From NCBI GenBank assembly GCA_963742735.1, contig CAVUMN010000001.1, positions 96,001-160,000 of the forward strand: a stretch of DNA of 64,000 nt. Reading direction: 5' to 3'. A program made the translations under genes and the position numbers. Positions 23,234-32,959 of this stretch are shown piece by piece; positions within the stretch are counted from its first letter, which is position 1, and each line of letters begins with the position of its first letter. A model generated the notes under the pieces. The model ran no database searches and had not been told where the DNA came from. It saw nothing but the letters and a program-made list of their open reading frames with translations. Origin of the DNA: an uncultured Actinomycetes bacterium (GTDB lineage Bacteria; Actinomycetota; UBA4738; JBBDTT01).

Positions 23234-24151
23234 TCACTCCCCCTCCGCCCCCGCCTCGCCGCCGGTGATCTCCAGGTAGACGTCCTCGAGGGTCGGCCGC
23301 GAGACCTGGAGGTCGTCGAGGGCGATCTTGCTCGACAACGCCCACCCCGTCAGGTCGTGGAGCGCCCTGCGAGGTTCCTTCGCGGTGAGCGTCACCCTGG
23401 ACCCCAACACCGACGCTCCCCGGCGGAGCGCGGCCGGGAGCTTCGAGGGATCGGACACGGAGAACTCGATCCGCGTGGCGGCCGTGTCCCGTCCTCCGAG
23501 CTGCGACGGAGGCCCCTCGGCGACGATGCGTCCCCCCGCGATGATCGCTACCTGGTTCGCCAGCTCCTGGGCCTCGTCCATGTAGTGCGTGGTCAGGAAC
23601 ACCGTCTTGCCGAGCTCGGCCAGGTTGCGCACCAGTCCCCAGGCGTTGCGTCGCGCCGAGGGATCGAACCCGGTGGTCGGCTCGTCCAGGAACAGCAGGT
23701 CGGGGTCGCCCGCCAGCGCCACCCCCACGTCCAGCCGGCGCTGCTGACCGCCCGAGAGCTTCCCGATCCGGCTGTCCCGCTTCGTGGTCAGGCCGATGAC
23801 GTCGATGACCTCGTCGAGAGGGCGAGGGTGGGGGTAGTACCCGCGATACATCTCGATGGTCTCCGCGACCGTCAGGAACGGCTCGACGCCCGTCTTCTGC
23901 AGGACGATCCCGATCCGCGACCGGAGGGAGCGCGACCCCTTCTCGGGGTCCTCGCCGAGGACCGCGATGTCGCCGGCGTCGCGCGCCCGATAGCCCTCCA
24001 GGATCTCGACGGTGGTGGTCTTGCCGGCGCCGTTCGGGCCGAGCAGCGCGAACACCTGTCCGCTCGCAACGGTGAGGTCGATCCCCCGGACCGCCTCCAC
24101 CTCGCCGTAGGATTTGCGAAGGCCCCGAACCTCGATGGCCGCGTCGGTCAT
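23234..24151 (-). CDS. ABC exporter ATP-binding protein
   Basis: [41 protein letters not shown]. Confidence 0.9.
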   Translation of the reverse strand: MTDAAIEVRGLRKSYGEVEAVRGIDLTVASGQVFALLGPNGAGKTTTVEILEGYRARDAGDIAVLGEDPEKGSRSLRSRIGIVLQKTGVEPFLTVAETIEMYRGYYPHPRPLDEVIDVIGLTTKRDSRIGKLSGGQQRRLDVGVALAGDPDLLFLDEPTTGFDPSARRNAWGLVRNLAELGKTVFLTTHYMDEAQELANQVAIIAGGRIVAEGPPSQLGGRDTAATRIEFSVSDPSKLPAALRRGASVLGSRVTLTAKEPRRALHDLTGWALSSKIALDDLQVSRPTLEDVYLEITGGEAGAEGE

Positions 24152-24163
24152 GCGACCACTCTG

Positions 24164-24535
24164 CTACAGGGGCTGGCGCCCGGCGAACCCGGTCTCCGGC
24201 TCGTGCCAGTGGGTGATCCGATCCTCGCCCAGCTGCCAGCAGAGGTAGACGACCCGGCCCTCCCGCTCGGCGGGAAAGTCGATCAGGCCGCTCTCCGGAT
24301 CGCGCAGGATCACGCCCTCCTCGGCGAACCACTCCATGTCGCGCTTGAGCGTCTCCTGGGCCTCCAGGTACTCCGCGCCCTCGGGACCGCCGCCGTTCCC
24401 GCCCGCCCCCTCGTGCACCCGTTCGCCCTGCGCGAACACCACCTGCCGGGCCGCGCGGATCCGTTCCAACGCGGCACCGGCCTCGCCGAGCATCCCGTTC
24501 GCCTCGTCGACCGTGAACATCCGCTCTTGGCTCAC
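24164..24535 (-). CDS. DUF2203-like protein
   Basis: FTVDEAN, GLIDFP, VYLCWQLGE..ITHWH..GFAGRQPL. Confidence 0.75.
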   Translation of the reverse strand: MSQERMFTVDEANGMLGEAGAALERIRAARQVVFAQGERVHEGAGGNGGGPEGAEYLEAQETLKRDMEWFAEEGVILRDPESGLIDFPAEREGRVVYLCWQLGEDRITHWHEPETGFAGRQPL

Positions 24536-25251
24536 GCCGACTCCAGGATGGCGGGGAGCTCCTCGATCGAGGTGATCCTGGCGCCGGGGGCATCCGGGTA
24601 CCGGTCGCGCCGGTCGATGAGGACGGGGAACATCCCCACAGCCTCGGCGGCCTCGACGTCGAAGTGCGGATGGTCGCCGACGTACACCGACTCCTCGGCC
24701 GACATGCCGGCGCGCTCCAGGGCGATCTCGAAGATCCTCGGGTCGGGCTTCTCGATGCCCTCCACCCCGGAGATCACCCGGACCGGGAAGTAGCGGGTGA
24801 GCTCGACCGCCTCGAGCACGAGCTCGAGCCACTCCTCGAAGTTCGAGATCAGCCCGAGCGTGTAGCCGCGCTCGGCCAGCGCGTCGAGCCCCGGCAGGAC
24901 GTCGGGGTACGCGCGGTAGGACGCGGGGTCGGAGAACGTCGAGTACAGACGACGGGCGATGGCCAGCAGCGCGTGGGGATCGCCCTCGACGCCCAGGTCC
25001 CGCAGGAACCCGTCGTAGACGCTCAGCCAGAAGTCGCGCGACGCCTCTTGGGAAACGGACCACGGCCCCTTTCCCTCGCGCTTCGCCTCGTCGGTCCAAC
25101 GCTGGGAGTAGACCGAGACCGTTTCCAGGATCCGCTCGATCTCCACCTCGTGGCCGGCCTTCGTCAGGACGTCGGCGAACAGCTCGCCGAACGAGGGATG
25201 CGGGTGGATCATCGTCTCGCCCGCGTCCAGGAACACCGCCTTGAATTTCAC
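24532..25251 (-). CDS. HAD-superfamily hydrolase
   Basis: FLDAGETM, ISNF, EKPDPRIF, YVGDHPHFDV. Confidence 0.85.
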   Translation of the reverse strand: MKFKAVFLDAGETMIHPHPSFGELFADVLTKAGHEVEIERILETVSVYSQRWTDEAKREGKGPWSVSQEASRDFWLSVYDGFLRDLGVEGDPHALLAIARRLYSTFSDPASYRAYPDVLPGLDALAERGYTLGLISNFEEWLELVLEAVELTRYFPVRVISGVEGIEKPDPRIFEIALERAGMSAEESVYVGDHPHFDVEAAEAVGMFPVLIDRRDRYPDAPGARITSIEELPAILESA

Positions 25252-25261
25252 GGCGGGGATG

Positions 25262-26224
25262 CTAGGGGATGTGGGCCGCCGGGTGCGCGCGGGCGAAGTT
25301 CCGTATGGCGAACCAGTTGTGCAGCTTCACGTGCTGCCAGGACCAGAACGACACGCCGGCGGCCCCAAGGGAGAACGCGCGCGCAATGAACTTGCGCGTC
25401 GCGCCGGGCGGAGGATGCCCTGGCCCGCCCTCCGGACGCATGTCGTAGGACTGGCCGACGGGGAAGACCGGCAAGCCGTAGGTCCCCAGCCGCTCGATCG
25501 AGCGGGTCACGGCGCCCTCCGGGTCCTCGTAGCCCCAGTAGACCATCGGGGCGAACCCGTCCACCCATGGGGCCAGCTGCGCGTAGGGATAGTTCGCCTG
25601 TCGGGTGGGGGTCGGGCGGGGCGTCGTGGCGATGACCACCGTCTCGGGACCCAGCCGGCGTCGGAGCTCCTTCGCGTAGACGGCCGCCCGATACCGCGTG
25701 AGGTGCACCCCCTGCGCCGGCTCCTCGATGTCGGGGACGAACCCGTCGGCGCGATGGCCGCTCGGCGTGGTGTACCGCATCTCCCAGGCGGCCCGCTTCG
25801 CGTCGGCCGCCGGCTTGTAGAGATAGGGGAAGTCCCACACGAGCACCTTGAGCCCGTGCTTGTGGGCGACCGGAAGGATCCGGTCCAGGTGACGCTGGGC
25901 GTAGAACCCCATCCGCGACGAGCCCGCCCGGATGAGGATGTAGGAGATCCCCATCCGGCGCATGCGCGTGACGATGCGCTCGGGGTCCCCGCCCTCGACC
26001 CGATCGAACTCGTAGATCCACATCCCGATCCCGTTCATCAGGCAACGGGCCGACTCGCGGCGAAACACCGCGTTGCCGATGAGCGGGGTGCAGGCCCCGG
26101 CGTCGACGTGGCGCTCCACCGGGACGGGACGGGCTTCGGCGGGCGTCACCCGCGGCGCACCCGCGGGCCAGAACGGCACGAGGGCCAGCATGAACAGGGC
26201 GACGGGGCGCGTCCGGGGCGTCAT
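25262..26224 (-). CDS. Secreted hypothetical protein, possibly a glycoside-hydrolase-like barrel
   Basis: Signal-like N-terminus; GMWIY, ADGFVPDIE, FAPMVYW, GVSFWSWQH; TAGAAT just upstream. Confidence 0.55.
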   Translation of the reverse strand: MTPRTRPVALFMLALVPFWPAGAPRVTPAEARPVPVERHVDAGACTPLIGNAVFRRESARCLMNGIGMWIYEFDRVEGGDPERIVTRMRRMGISYILIRAGSSRMGFYAQRHLDRILPVAHKHGLKVLVWDFPYLYKPAADAKRAAWEMRYTTPSGHRADGFVPDIEEPAQGVHLTRYRAAVYAKELRRRLGPETVVIATTPRPTPTRQANYPYAQLAPWVDGFAPMVYWGYEDPEGAVTRSIERLGTYGLPVFPVGQSYDMRPEGGPGHPPPGATRKFIARAFSLGAAGVSFWSWQHVKLHNWFAIRNFARAHPAAHIP

Positions 26225-26287
26225 AGGGGGGCGATTCTAGAGGCCGTCGCAGCGGATGGAACCCTTTTTACGGGAAATTCCGCCGAA

Positions 26288-26914
26288 CTACGTAGACGGG
26301 GCTCGACTTGCTCGCTCCTGCGCCTCGAGGTCCTCCCAGATCTCCTGGACCTGTCCGTCGAGCTCGTCCATCGAGCCCTCGTTGCGGACCACGTGGGTGG
26401 CGCGAGCGAGCTTCTCCTCCTGGGAGGACTGGGCGGCGATGCGGGCCGAAGCCTCGTCCTCGGCCATCCCCCGGTCCCGGATCAGCCGCGCGATCTGCTC
26501 CTCTCGCGGTGCGGTGACGACGATCAGGGCGTCCAGCCCGTCCCCGAACCCGCCCTCCACGATGAGCGGCGCGTCGAACACGACGATGCGGTCGGTCTCC
26601 CGGTATCGCGCGACCTCCTCGAGCAGGAGCCGGCCCACCTCGGGATGGATGATCGCCTCCAGGTCCTTCCGGGCCCCCTCGTCGGCGAACACGATCTCCG
26701 CGAGCTTCTTGCGGTCGAGGACCCCGCCGGTGGCCAGGTCGACGAGCTCCGATCCGAATCGCTTCACGACCTGTTCGAAGCCGGGGGTGCCGGGCTCCAC
26801 GGCTTCACGGGCGAGGACGTCGGCGTCGACCACGACCACCCCGCGATCCGCGAGGAGCTTCGCGACGGTCGACTTTCCCGAACCGATCCCCCCGGTCAGC
26901 CCAACGAGCAGCAT
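26288..26914 (-). CDS. coaE: Dephospho-CoA kinase
   Basis: VGLTGGIGSGKST, DADVLAREAV, LEAIIHP; follows rpsA. Confidence 0.95.
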   Translation of the reverse strand: MLLVGLTGGIGSGKSTVAKLLADRGVVVVDADVLAREAVEPGTPGFEQVVKRFGSELVDLATGGVLDRKKLAEIVFADEGARKDLEAIIHPEVGRLLLEEVARYRETDRIVVFDAPLIVEGGFGDGLDALIVVTAPREEQIARLIRDRGMAEDEASARIAAQSSQEEKLARATHVVRNEGSMDELDGQVQEIWEDLEAQERASRAPST

Positions 26915-26948
26915 GGATCAGATGCTATTGGCTGTGGGAGAAGTCGAG

Positions 26949-28373
26949 CTAGGCGTTGCGGCCTTCGCGGCGCTTGAGCTCCTCGACGATGGACTCGAGG
27001 GAGACGTCGCCCTCAGGCTCCGCCTCGGGCTCGGGCTCGGGGGCCGGCGCGGGCGCGGGCTCGGGAGCCGGCTCAGGTACGGCCTCGGCCGCCGGCTCGG
27101 GTGCGACCGCTGGCGTGGGTTCCGGCTGGCTGTCGCCAGCCGGCTCGGCGGCCGCGGTCTCGGCGGCTTCCGCCGCCTCGACGTCCCCAGCGGCTTCCTC
27201 GGTGGTCTGGGCCGCGGCCGCCTCGGGCTCTGCCGTGATCTCGATGGCCTCCTCGCCCGCGACCAGATCCTGGTCGCCGACCTGGCGCATGGACAGCGAG
27301 ATCCGGCGCCGAGAGACGTCGACATCGACGACCTTCACCTTGACCTTCTGCCCGACGGTCACCACGGACTCCGGCGACTCGACGTGGGCCTCCGAGAGCT
27401 CGGAGATGTGGACCAGGCCCTCGATGCCCTCGCCGACGCGAACGAACGCTCCGAACGGCACGAGCTTGGTGATCTGACCGGCGATGACCTCACCCGCGGA
27501 GTACTTGCGCTCGAACTCCTTCCACGGGTCCTCCTGGGTCGCCTTCAGCGAGAGCGACACGCGCTCACGGTCGAGGTCCACGTCGAGCACCTCGACCTCG
27601 ACCTCCTGGCCGACGGTGACGACCTCGCTGGGGTGATCGACGTGCTTCCAGGACAGCTCGGACACGTGGACGAGCCCGTCCACGCCGCCGAGGTCCACGA
27701 AGGCGCCGAAGTTGACGATCGAGGAGACCGTGCCGGTCCGGCGCTCGCCTTTCTGCAGGTTCTGGAGGAACTGCTTGCGGCCCTCGCTCTGTGACTCCTC
27801 GAGGAACGCCCGGCGCGAGAGCACCACGTTGTTCCGGTTGCGGTCGAGCTCGATGATCTTGCACTCGAGCTGCTGGCCCACGAAGGGGTGCAGGTCGCGC
27901 ACGCGGCGCAGGTCGACCAGCGACGCGGGGAGGAACCCGCGCAGGCCGATGTCGAGGATCAGGCCGCCCTTGACCACCTCGATGACCGGGCCGGTGATCG
28001 TGACGCCCGACTTCATGATCTCCTCGATACGTCCCCATGCGCGCTCGTACTGCGCGCGCTTCTTGGAGAGGATGAGGCGGCCCTCCTTGTCCTCCTTCTG
28101 CAGGACGAGGGCCTCGATCTCGTCGCCGACCTTCACGATCTCGTTCGGGTCGGCGTCGTGACGGATCGAGAGCTCTTTCGAGGGGATGACCCCCTCGGAC
28201 TTGTAGCCGATGTCCAGGAGCACCTCGTCGCGATCGATGCGCACGACCTTGCCGCTGACGAGGTCTCCGTCCTTGAAGTCCTTCAGGGACTCCTCGATCG
28301 CCTGGATGAGCTCCTCAGGCGTGTAGTCGGCCTGTGCGACCGACTGTTCGTTCTGTTCGGTGATGTCGCTCAA
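26949..28373 (-). CDS. rpsA: 30S ribosomal protein S1 with acidic Ala/Glu/Pro tail
   Basis: DIGYKSEGVIP, LRGFLPASLV, FGAFVDLGGVDGLVHVSELSW; four S1 repeats; TTG start after GGAGGAG. Confidence 0.95.
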   Translation of the reverse strand: MSDITEQNEQSVAQADYTPEELIQAIEESLKDFKDGDLVSGKVVRIDRDEVLLDIGYKSEGVIPSKELSIRHDADPNEIVKVGDEIEALVLQKEDKEGRLILSKKRAQYERAWGRIEEIMKSGVTITGPVIEVVKGGLILDIGLRGFLPASLVDLRRVRDLHPFVGQQLECKIIELDRNRNNVVLSRRAFLEESQSEGRKQFLQNLQKGERRTGTVSSIVNFGAFVDLGGVDGLVHVSELSWKHVDHPSEVVTVGQEVEVEVLDVDLDRERVSLSLKATQEDPWKEFERKYSAGEVIAGQITKLVPFGAFVRVGEGIEGLVHISELSEAHVESPESVVTVGQKVKVKVVDVDVSRRRISLSMRQVGDQDLVAGEEAIEITAEPEAAAAQTTEEAAGDVEAAEAAETAAAEPAGDSQPEPTPAVAPEPAAEAVPEPAPEPAPAPAPEPEPEAEPEGDVSLESIVEELKRREGRNA

Positions 28374-28546
28374 CTCCTCCCGCCCGGACGCCTTCGCCCA
28401 CACGAGAGGGCCACGAGGTGTTTCGGGATTGTGGTCCTGCCGGTGGGACGTACGTCCCAAGCCGAGCGAGTGTACGCGTGCGCTCGCGCGACCGTCAATC
28501 GTTGCGAGACGGACCTCAGCGCCCCACCCGCAGCTATCCTGCGGCC

Positions 28547-30184
28547 GTGAACCCCAGCCGCCGAGCGCTGCTCGGAGCCCTGTTCGTCGCCCTCCTCGCC
28601 GTCGCCGGCATCGGCACCGCGGCCGCGGTCCCGCTGCTCTCCGGCGAGGGGCTCCCGGACGTGGCCTTCCTGGACACCTTCTTCGATGACGTCGGCGGCT
28701 CGGACGAGGTGGCCCGGGCCGACGTCCGCGCCCGGCTCCGACCCGACGCCGTGCTGGTGGTGGCCCACACCGCGACCTTCGAGGGCGACTCGGCCGTGGT
28801 CACGCTCCCCCGCCCGTGTCCCGCCGGGCCGATCCCCGCCTACGGCTGCGCGCGTGGGTTCAACGTGCGGGGGACAGCGCTGCCGGTCACCGAACGGGCG
28901 GCGCGGGCCGAGGTCACCGTCGATCGCGGCGCGACCATCGGCTACGAGTACCACTCCGGGGTGCGGGTCAACACCGACATCGCGGTCCTCGAATGGCCCG
29001 TGGCGCCGTCGGCGTTCGGCGGGACCCCCGCCGACGCCATCGAGGTGACGCTGACGCTGGAGCTTCCCGGGAACCCGCAGACCGGCAGGATCGAGCCGCA
29101 CCTGCACGCCGCCGCTCGGGACCGGACGGTGAGCGTCGAGCGGGGGTCGGTCGCGGGACACACCGTGGCGGGACAGTTCGTCGACGTGGAGCTGCACCTG
29201 GCGTTTCCGCCGGCACTCGTGCCGGACGCCCCCGCCATCGCTCGGTCGAACTCCGAGGGACGCACCGCGTTCGACATCACCCAGCAGGCCCGCGAGATCG
29301 CCAGCGACGCGCAGGCCGGGGCGTTCGGCGCCGGTGAGACAGCGAGCGGCGTGGTGACCAGCGTTCGCGCGGGCATCAACCGCGCGGTGGCCATCCTCGC
29401 CCTGGGGATCCCCGCGCTGCTGTGGCTCGTGGTTCTGGGGATGGCCCTCGCCCGTCTGCGGCGGCTCTCGGAGCCGCTTCCTCCGCTCGATGACGTCGAG
29501 GAGGAGCCTCCGAGCGACCACGACCCCGCCGTCGTCGCGGCCATCGTCTCGTCCGGGAAGCCGGGGACCGAGGCCGTGGCGGGCGCGATCCTGGACCTCG
29601 CCGACCGCAAGGCCATCGAGATTCACGACCTGGCCGGCGAGGCGTTCACCCTGCGGGTCACCGACGCGGCCGTCCCCGTGAGCCCCGGCGAGAGCCTGCT
29701 CCTGGAGACCCTGCGAACGTTCCAGTACGAGGCCGGCTCCGACGGGCGCATCGGCGCCCCGCCGCTGTGGAAGCGGCCGGTGGGGCTCTGGCGGTCGTTC
29801 CGCCGGGACGCCGTGCAGCGGGCCGAGCGCGAGGGCCTGCTGGAGGGCGTCATCTCCACGAAGCTTGCGCTCGCCGCGATCATCCTCACCGCGCTGGGGA
29901 TGGCCGTGCTGTACGCACCGGTCAACCCCGCCGCCTACTTCGGGGCCGGGGTCGTCCTGGTCATATTCGCGGTGATCGCCACGCTGCGGATCGGGTACAC
30001 CCCGACGCTGCCCGGCCGGGTCCTGCAGGCGCGATGGGCGGCGTACGCCAACCACCTCCGACGTCAGCCGTCGGTGACCGGCTCGCCGCCGGCGGGCGTG
30101 GTGGTCCACGGGAAGGCCCTCGTCTACGGGGCGGTGCTCGGGGTCGCTCCCGAGGCGGTCAGGCTGCTCGCGCCCCCAGAGTAG
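28547..30184 (+). CDS. DUF2207-like membrane protein
   Basis: Signal peptide, extracellular domain, TM, EPPSDHDPAVV..ILDLADRKAI, LVYGAVLGV; TATCCT 6 nt upstream. Confidence 0.65.
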   Translation: MNPSRRALLGALFVALLAVAGIGTAAAVPLLSGEGLPDVAFLDTFFDDVGGSDEVARADVRARLRPDAVLVVAHTATFEGDSAVVTLPRPCPAGPIPAYGCARGFNVRGTALPVTERAARAEVTVDRGATIGYEYHSGVRVNTDIAVLEWPVAPSAFGGTPADAIEVTLTLELPGNPQTGRIEPHLHAAARDRTVSVERGSVAGHTVAGQFVDVELHLAFPPALVPDAPAIARSNSEGRTAFDITQQAREIASDAQAGAFGAGETASGVVTSVRAGINRAVAILALGIPALLWLVVLGMALARLRRLSEPLPPLDDVEEEPPSDHDPAVVAAIVSSGKPGTEAVAGAILDLADRKAIEIHDLAGEAFTLRVTDAAVPVSPGESLLLETLRTFQYEAGSDGRIGAPPLWKRPVGLWRSFRRDAVQRAEREGLLEGVISTKLALAAIILTALGMAVLYAPVNPAAYFGAGVVLVIFAVIATLRIGYTPTLPGRVLQARWAAYANHLRRQPSVTGSPPAGVVVHGKALVYGAVLGVAPEAVRLLAPPE

Positions 30185-30193
30185 ACCCGGCGC

Positions 30194-32827
30194 TCAGTGG
30201 CCGGCCGGGGCCGCCTCGGCCCAGTTCGTCCCCGACCCCAGGTCGGCGCGCAGGGGCACCCGCAGCTCGTAGGCGCCCTCCATCTCCGTCTTGACGAGCT
30301 CGCTCGCCAAGTCCAGGACACCCTCCTGAGCCTCGAACACCAGCTCGTCGTGGACGGTCATCACCATCCGGACCGGCAGCCCCGCCACGTCGAGCGCCGC
30401 GTCCACCTTGATCATCGCCAGCTTCATGATGTCCGCCGCGGTCCCCTGGATCGGCGCGTTCAGCGCCATCCGCCGGCCCATGTCACGCATCCGTGGGTTC
30501 GGTGACTGCAGCTCCGGCAGGTACCGCCGGCGTCCCAGGATCGTCGCGGTGAACCCCTCGACCGTGGCCTGGCCCACCTGCCGGTCGAGGAACTCGCGGA
30601 CCTTCGGGAACCCCGCGAAGTACGCGTCGATGAACTCCTGCGCCTCGTCGGGAGCCGTCCCCAGACGCTGCGCGAGCCCGTAGGCGCTCATCCCGTAGGC
30701 GAGCCCGTAGTTCACCATCTTGGCCCGCCGTCGCCACTCCGGATCGACCTTGTCCTCGGGCAGCCCGGCGATCTTCGCCGCCGTGGCCGTGTGGATGTCG
30801 GTGTCGCTGGCGAATGCCTCGGCGAGGTTCTCGTCGCCGGACAGGTGGGCCAGCACCCGCAGCTCGATCTGGGAGTAGTCGGCCACCAGCAGGACGTCGC
30901 CCTCCCGTCCCGGGACGAACGCCCGCCGGATCTGTCGTCCGAGGTCGCCCCGGACCGGGATGTTCTGCAGGTTGGGGTTCATCGACGACAGCCGCCCGGT
31001 CGCGGCCGAGGTCTGGACGTAGGTCGTGTGGACGCGGCCGTCGCGCGGGTCGACCAGCGGCGGCAGGGCGTCGAGGTACGTCGACTTCAGCTTCGAGAGC
31101 TCCCGGTACTCGAGCAGCGCCTCGATGATCGGATGCTGGTCCCGGAGCTTCTCCAGGACGGTGGCGTCGGTGGACAGCGCCCCCTTCGACGTCTTCTTCC
31201 CCGGCGACAGCCGCAGCTTCTCGTACAGGACGACACGCAGCTGGGGGGGCGAGCCGAGGTTGAACGGCTCTCCGGCATGCCGGTAGATCTCCTGCTCGAG
31301 CGTGGCCATCCGGTCGCCGAGCGACTCCGACATCTCCCCGAGGTAGGGGACGTCGATCGCGACGCCCGCGGCCTGAACCTTCGCGAGGACCCGCGCGAGC
31401 GGGAGCTCCACATCGTCCAGGAGCTCCTTCAGTCCGGCCCGCTCCACACGCTCGGCCAGCACCGGCGCCAGGAGCCCGACGGCCGCGGCCTCCGCCGCCA
31501 GCGGCCGCCAGTCCTCCGCGAACAGCTGTCCCTCACCGCCCTCGGCGGGCTCGGCGCCGGCGGTCACGTCCACGCCCAGGTACTGCTCGCACAGGGCCCC
31601 GAGCTCGTAGCCGGCCTCGGCGGGGTCGAGCACGTAGGCCGCGAGGAGCGTGTCGAAGGCCACCCCGTCCGGATGGATCCCGGCGGCCTCGAGCGCGGTG
31701 GCGAGCTCCTTCGCGTCGTGGACCCACTTCGGTCGCGCGGGGTCCTCCAGGAACGCCCGGACCGGGTCCGCGACCGAGGCGAGATGGGCGGCCTGTCCGC
31801 CTCCGGCCGAGATCGCCAGTGAGGCGATCGAGCCGGACGTGCCGCGGACCGCGACCGCCTTCGGCGCGTCGCCGGCCACGAGCTTCGTGACGTCCTTGGG
31901 GCCGGCCTCGCGCAGGTCCAGATCGGCCGCTTCCATCGCCGGCTTCGCGACCCGGCCGAGGTCCTCCAGACGCTCCAGCAGGCTGCGGAACTCCAGCGAG
32001 TTGAACAACCGCCGCACGGCGTCGGGATCCCACTCCCCCACGACGAAGTCGTCGACGGTCACGTCGAGGTCCAGGTCCGAGACGAACCGGGCCAGGTCCT
32101 TGTTCCGGACCAGGTCCTCCCCCGCGTCGCGGACCTTCTCCTGGAGCTTCGGGGGCTTGACCTCGTCGACCCGCGTCAGCAGGTCCTCGATCGAGCCGAA
32201 CTCCTGCACGAGCTTCGAGGCGGTCTTCTCGCCAACGCCGGGGATGCCCGGGATGTTGTCGCTCGGGTCGCCCTTGAGGGCCACGTAGTCGAGGTACTTC
32301 GCGGGGGGGAGTCCGAACCGCTCCTCGACCTTCGCCTCGTCGTAGCGGACCGTCTCCGAGATGCCCCGGAGGTTGTAGATCATGTCGAGGCCCGGGCGCA
32401 TCAGCTGGAAGAAGTCTCGGTCGGCGGTGACGATCGTGACGTGCTTCCCCTCGCCGTGGGCCCGCAGGGCCAGCGTCGCGATCACGTCGTCGGCCTCGTG
32501 GCCCTCGACCGTCACCACCGGAACCCGCAGGGTGTCCAGGACCTCACGGATCAGCCCGAGCTGCTGGCGGAACTCGTCGGGGGCCTCGGTGCGGCCGGCC
32601 TTGTACTCCGCGTACTTCTCCAGGCGAACGGTCGGGCGGCCCACGTCGAAGGACGCCGCCAGCAGGTCCGGCTTCTCCTCCCCGAGGAGCTTGATGAGCA
32701 TCGACGTGAAGCCGTACACCGCGTTCGTGACCTGTCCGGCGGTCGTCGCCAGGGAAATCGGAAGCGCGTAGAACGCCCGGAAGGCAAGGCTGTGCCCGTC
32801 GAGCAGGTACAGGTGGGGGGATGGCAC
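30194..32827 (-). CDS. polA: DNA polymerase I
   Basis: LLDGHSLAFRAFYA, GDPSDNIPG, TGRLSS, ADYSQIELR, AKMVNYGLAYG, VHDEL; TACAAT 7 nt upstream of the GTG. Confidence 0.96.
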   Translation of the reverse strand: MPSPHLYLLDGHSLAFRAFYALPISLATTAGQVTNAVYGFTSMLIKLLGEEKPDLLAASFDVGRPTVRLEKYAEYKAGRTEAPDEFRQQLGLIREVLDTLRVPVVTVEGHEADDVIATLALRAHGEGKHVTIVTADRDFFQLMRPGLDMIYNLRGISETVRYDEAKVEERFGLPPAKYLDYVALKGDPSDNIPGIPGVGEKTASKLVQEFGSIEDLLTRVDEVKPPKLQEKVRDAGEDLVRNKDLARFVSDLDLDVTVDDFVVGEWDPDAVRRLFNSLEFRSLLERLEDLGRVAKPAMEAADLDLREAGPKDVTKLVAGDAPKAVAVRGTSGSIASLAISAGGGQAAHLASVADPVRAFLEDPARPKWVHDAKELATALEAAGIHPDGVAFDTLLAAYVLDPAEAGYELGALCEQYLGVDVTAGAEPAEGGEGQLFAEDWRPLAAEAAAVGLLAPVLAERVERAGLKELLDDVELPLARVLAKVQAAGVAIDVPYLGEMSESLGDRMATLEQEIYRHAGEPFNLGSPPQLRVVLYEKLRLSPGKKTSKGALSTDATVLEKLRDQHPIIEALLEYRELSKLKSTYLDALPPLVDPRDGRVHTTYVQTSAATGRLSSMNPNLQNIPVRGDLGRQIRRAFVPGREGDVLLVADYSQIELRVLAHLSGDENLAEAFASDTDIHTATAAKIAGLPEDKVDPEWRRRAKMVNYGLAYGMSAYGLAQRLGTAPDEAQEFIDAYFAGFPKVREFLDRQVGQATVEGFTATILGRRRYLPELQSPNPRMRDMGRRMALNAPIQGTAADIMKLAMIKVDAALDVAGLPVRMVMTVHDELVFEAQEGVLDLASELVKTEMEGAYELRVPLRADLGSGTNWAEAAPAGH

Positions 32828-32903
32828 GTGTTCGATTGTAGACTCGCTCGCTCTGGGTCCCGCCCGAGGGCTTGACGACTCGAATCCGCGCGTATTAGCA
32901 TCC

Positions 32904-32940
32904 GACCTGACACGCGTGTCAGGTCCGCGGTGGACCTGAC
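32904..32940. promoter_or_regulatory. Palindromic operator-like array upstream of the FTR1 permease
   Basis: Perfect 22-bp palindrome GACCTGACACGCGTGTCAGGTC (32904-32925) plus a third GACCTGAC (32933-32940); TTGACG-18-TAGCAT directly upstream. Confidence 0.6.
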
Positions 32941-32959
32941 CGAGACGGGGAGCGCGACG

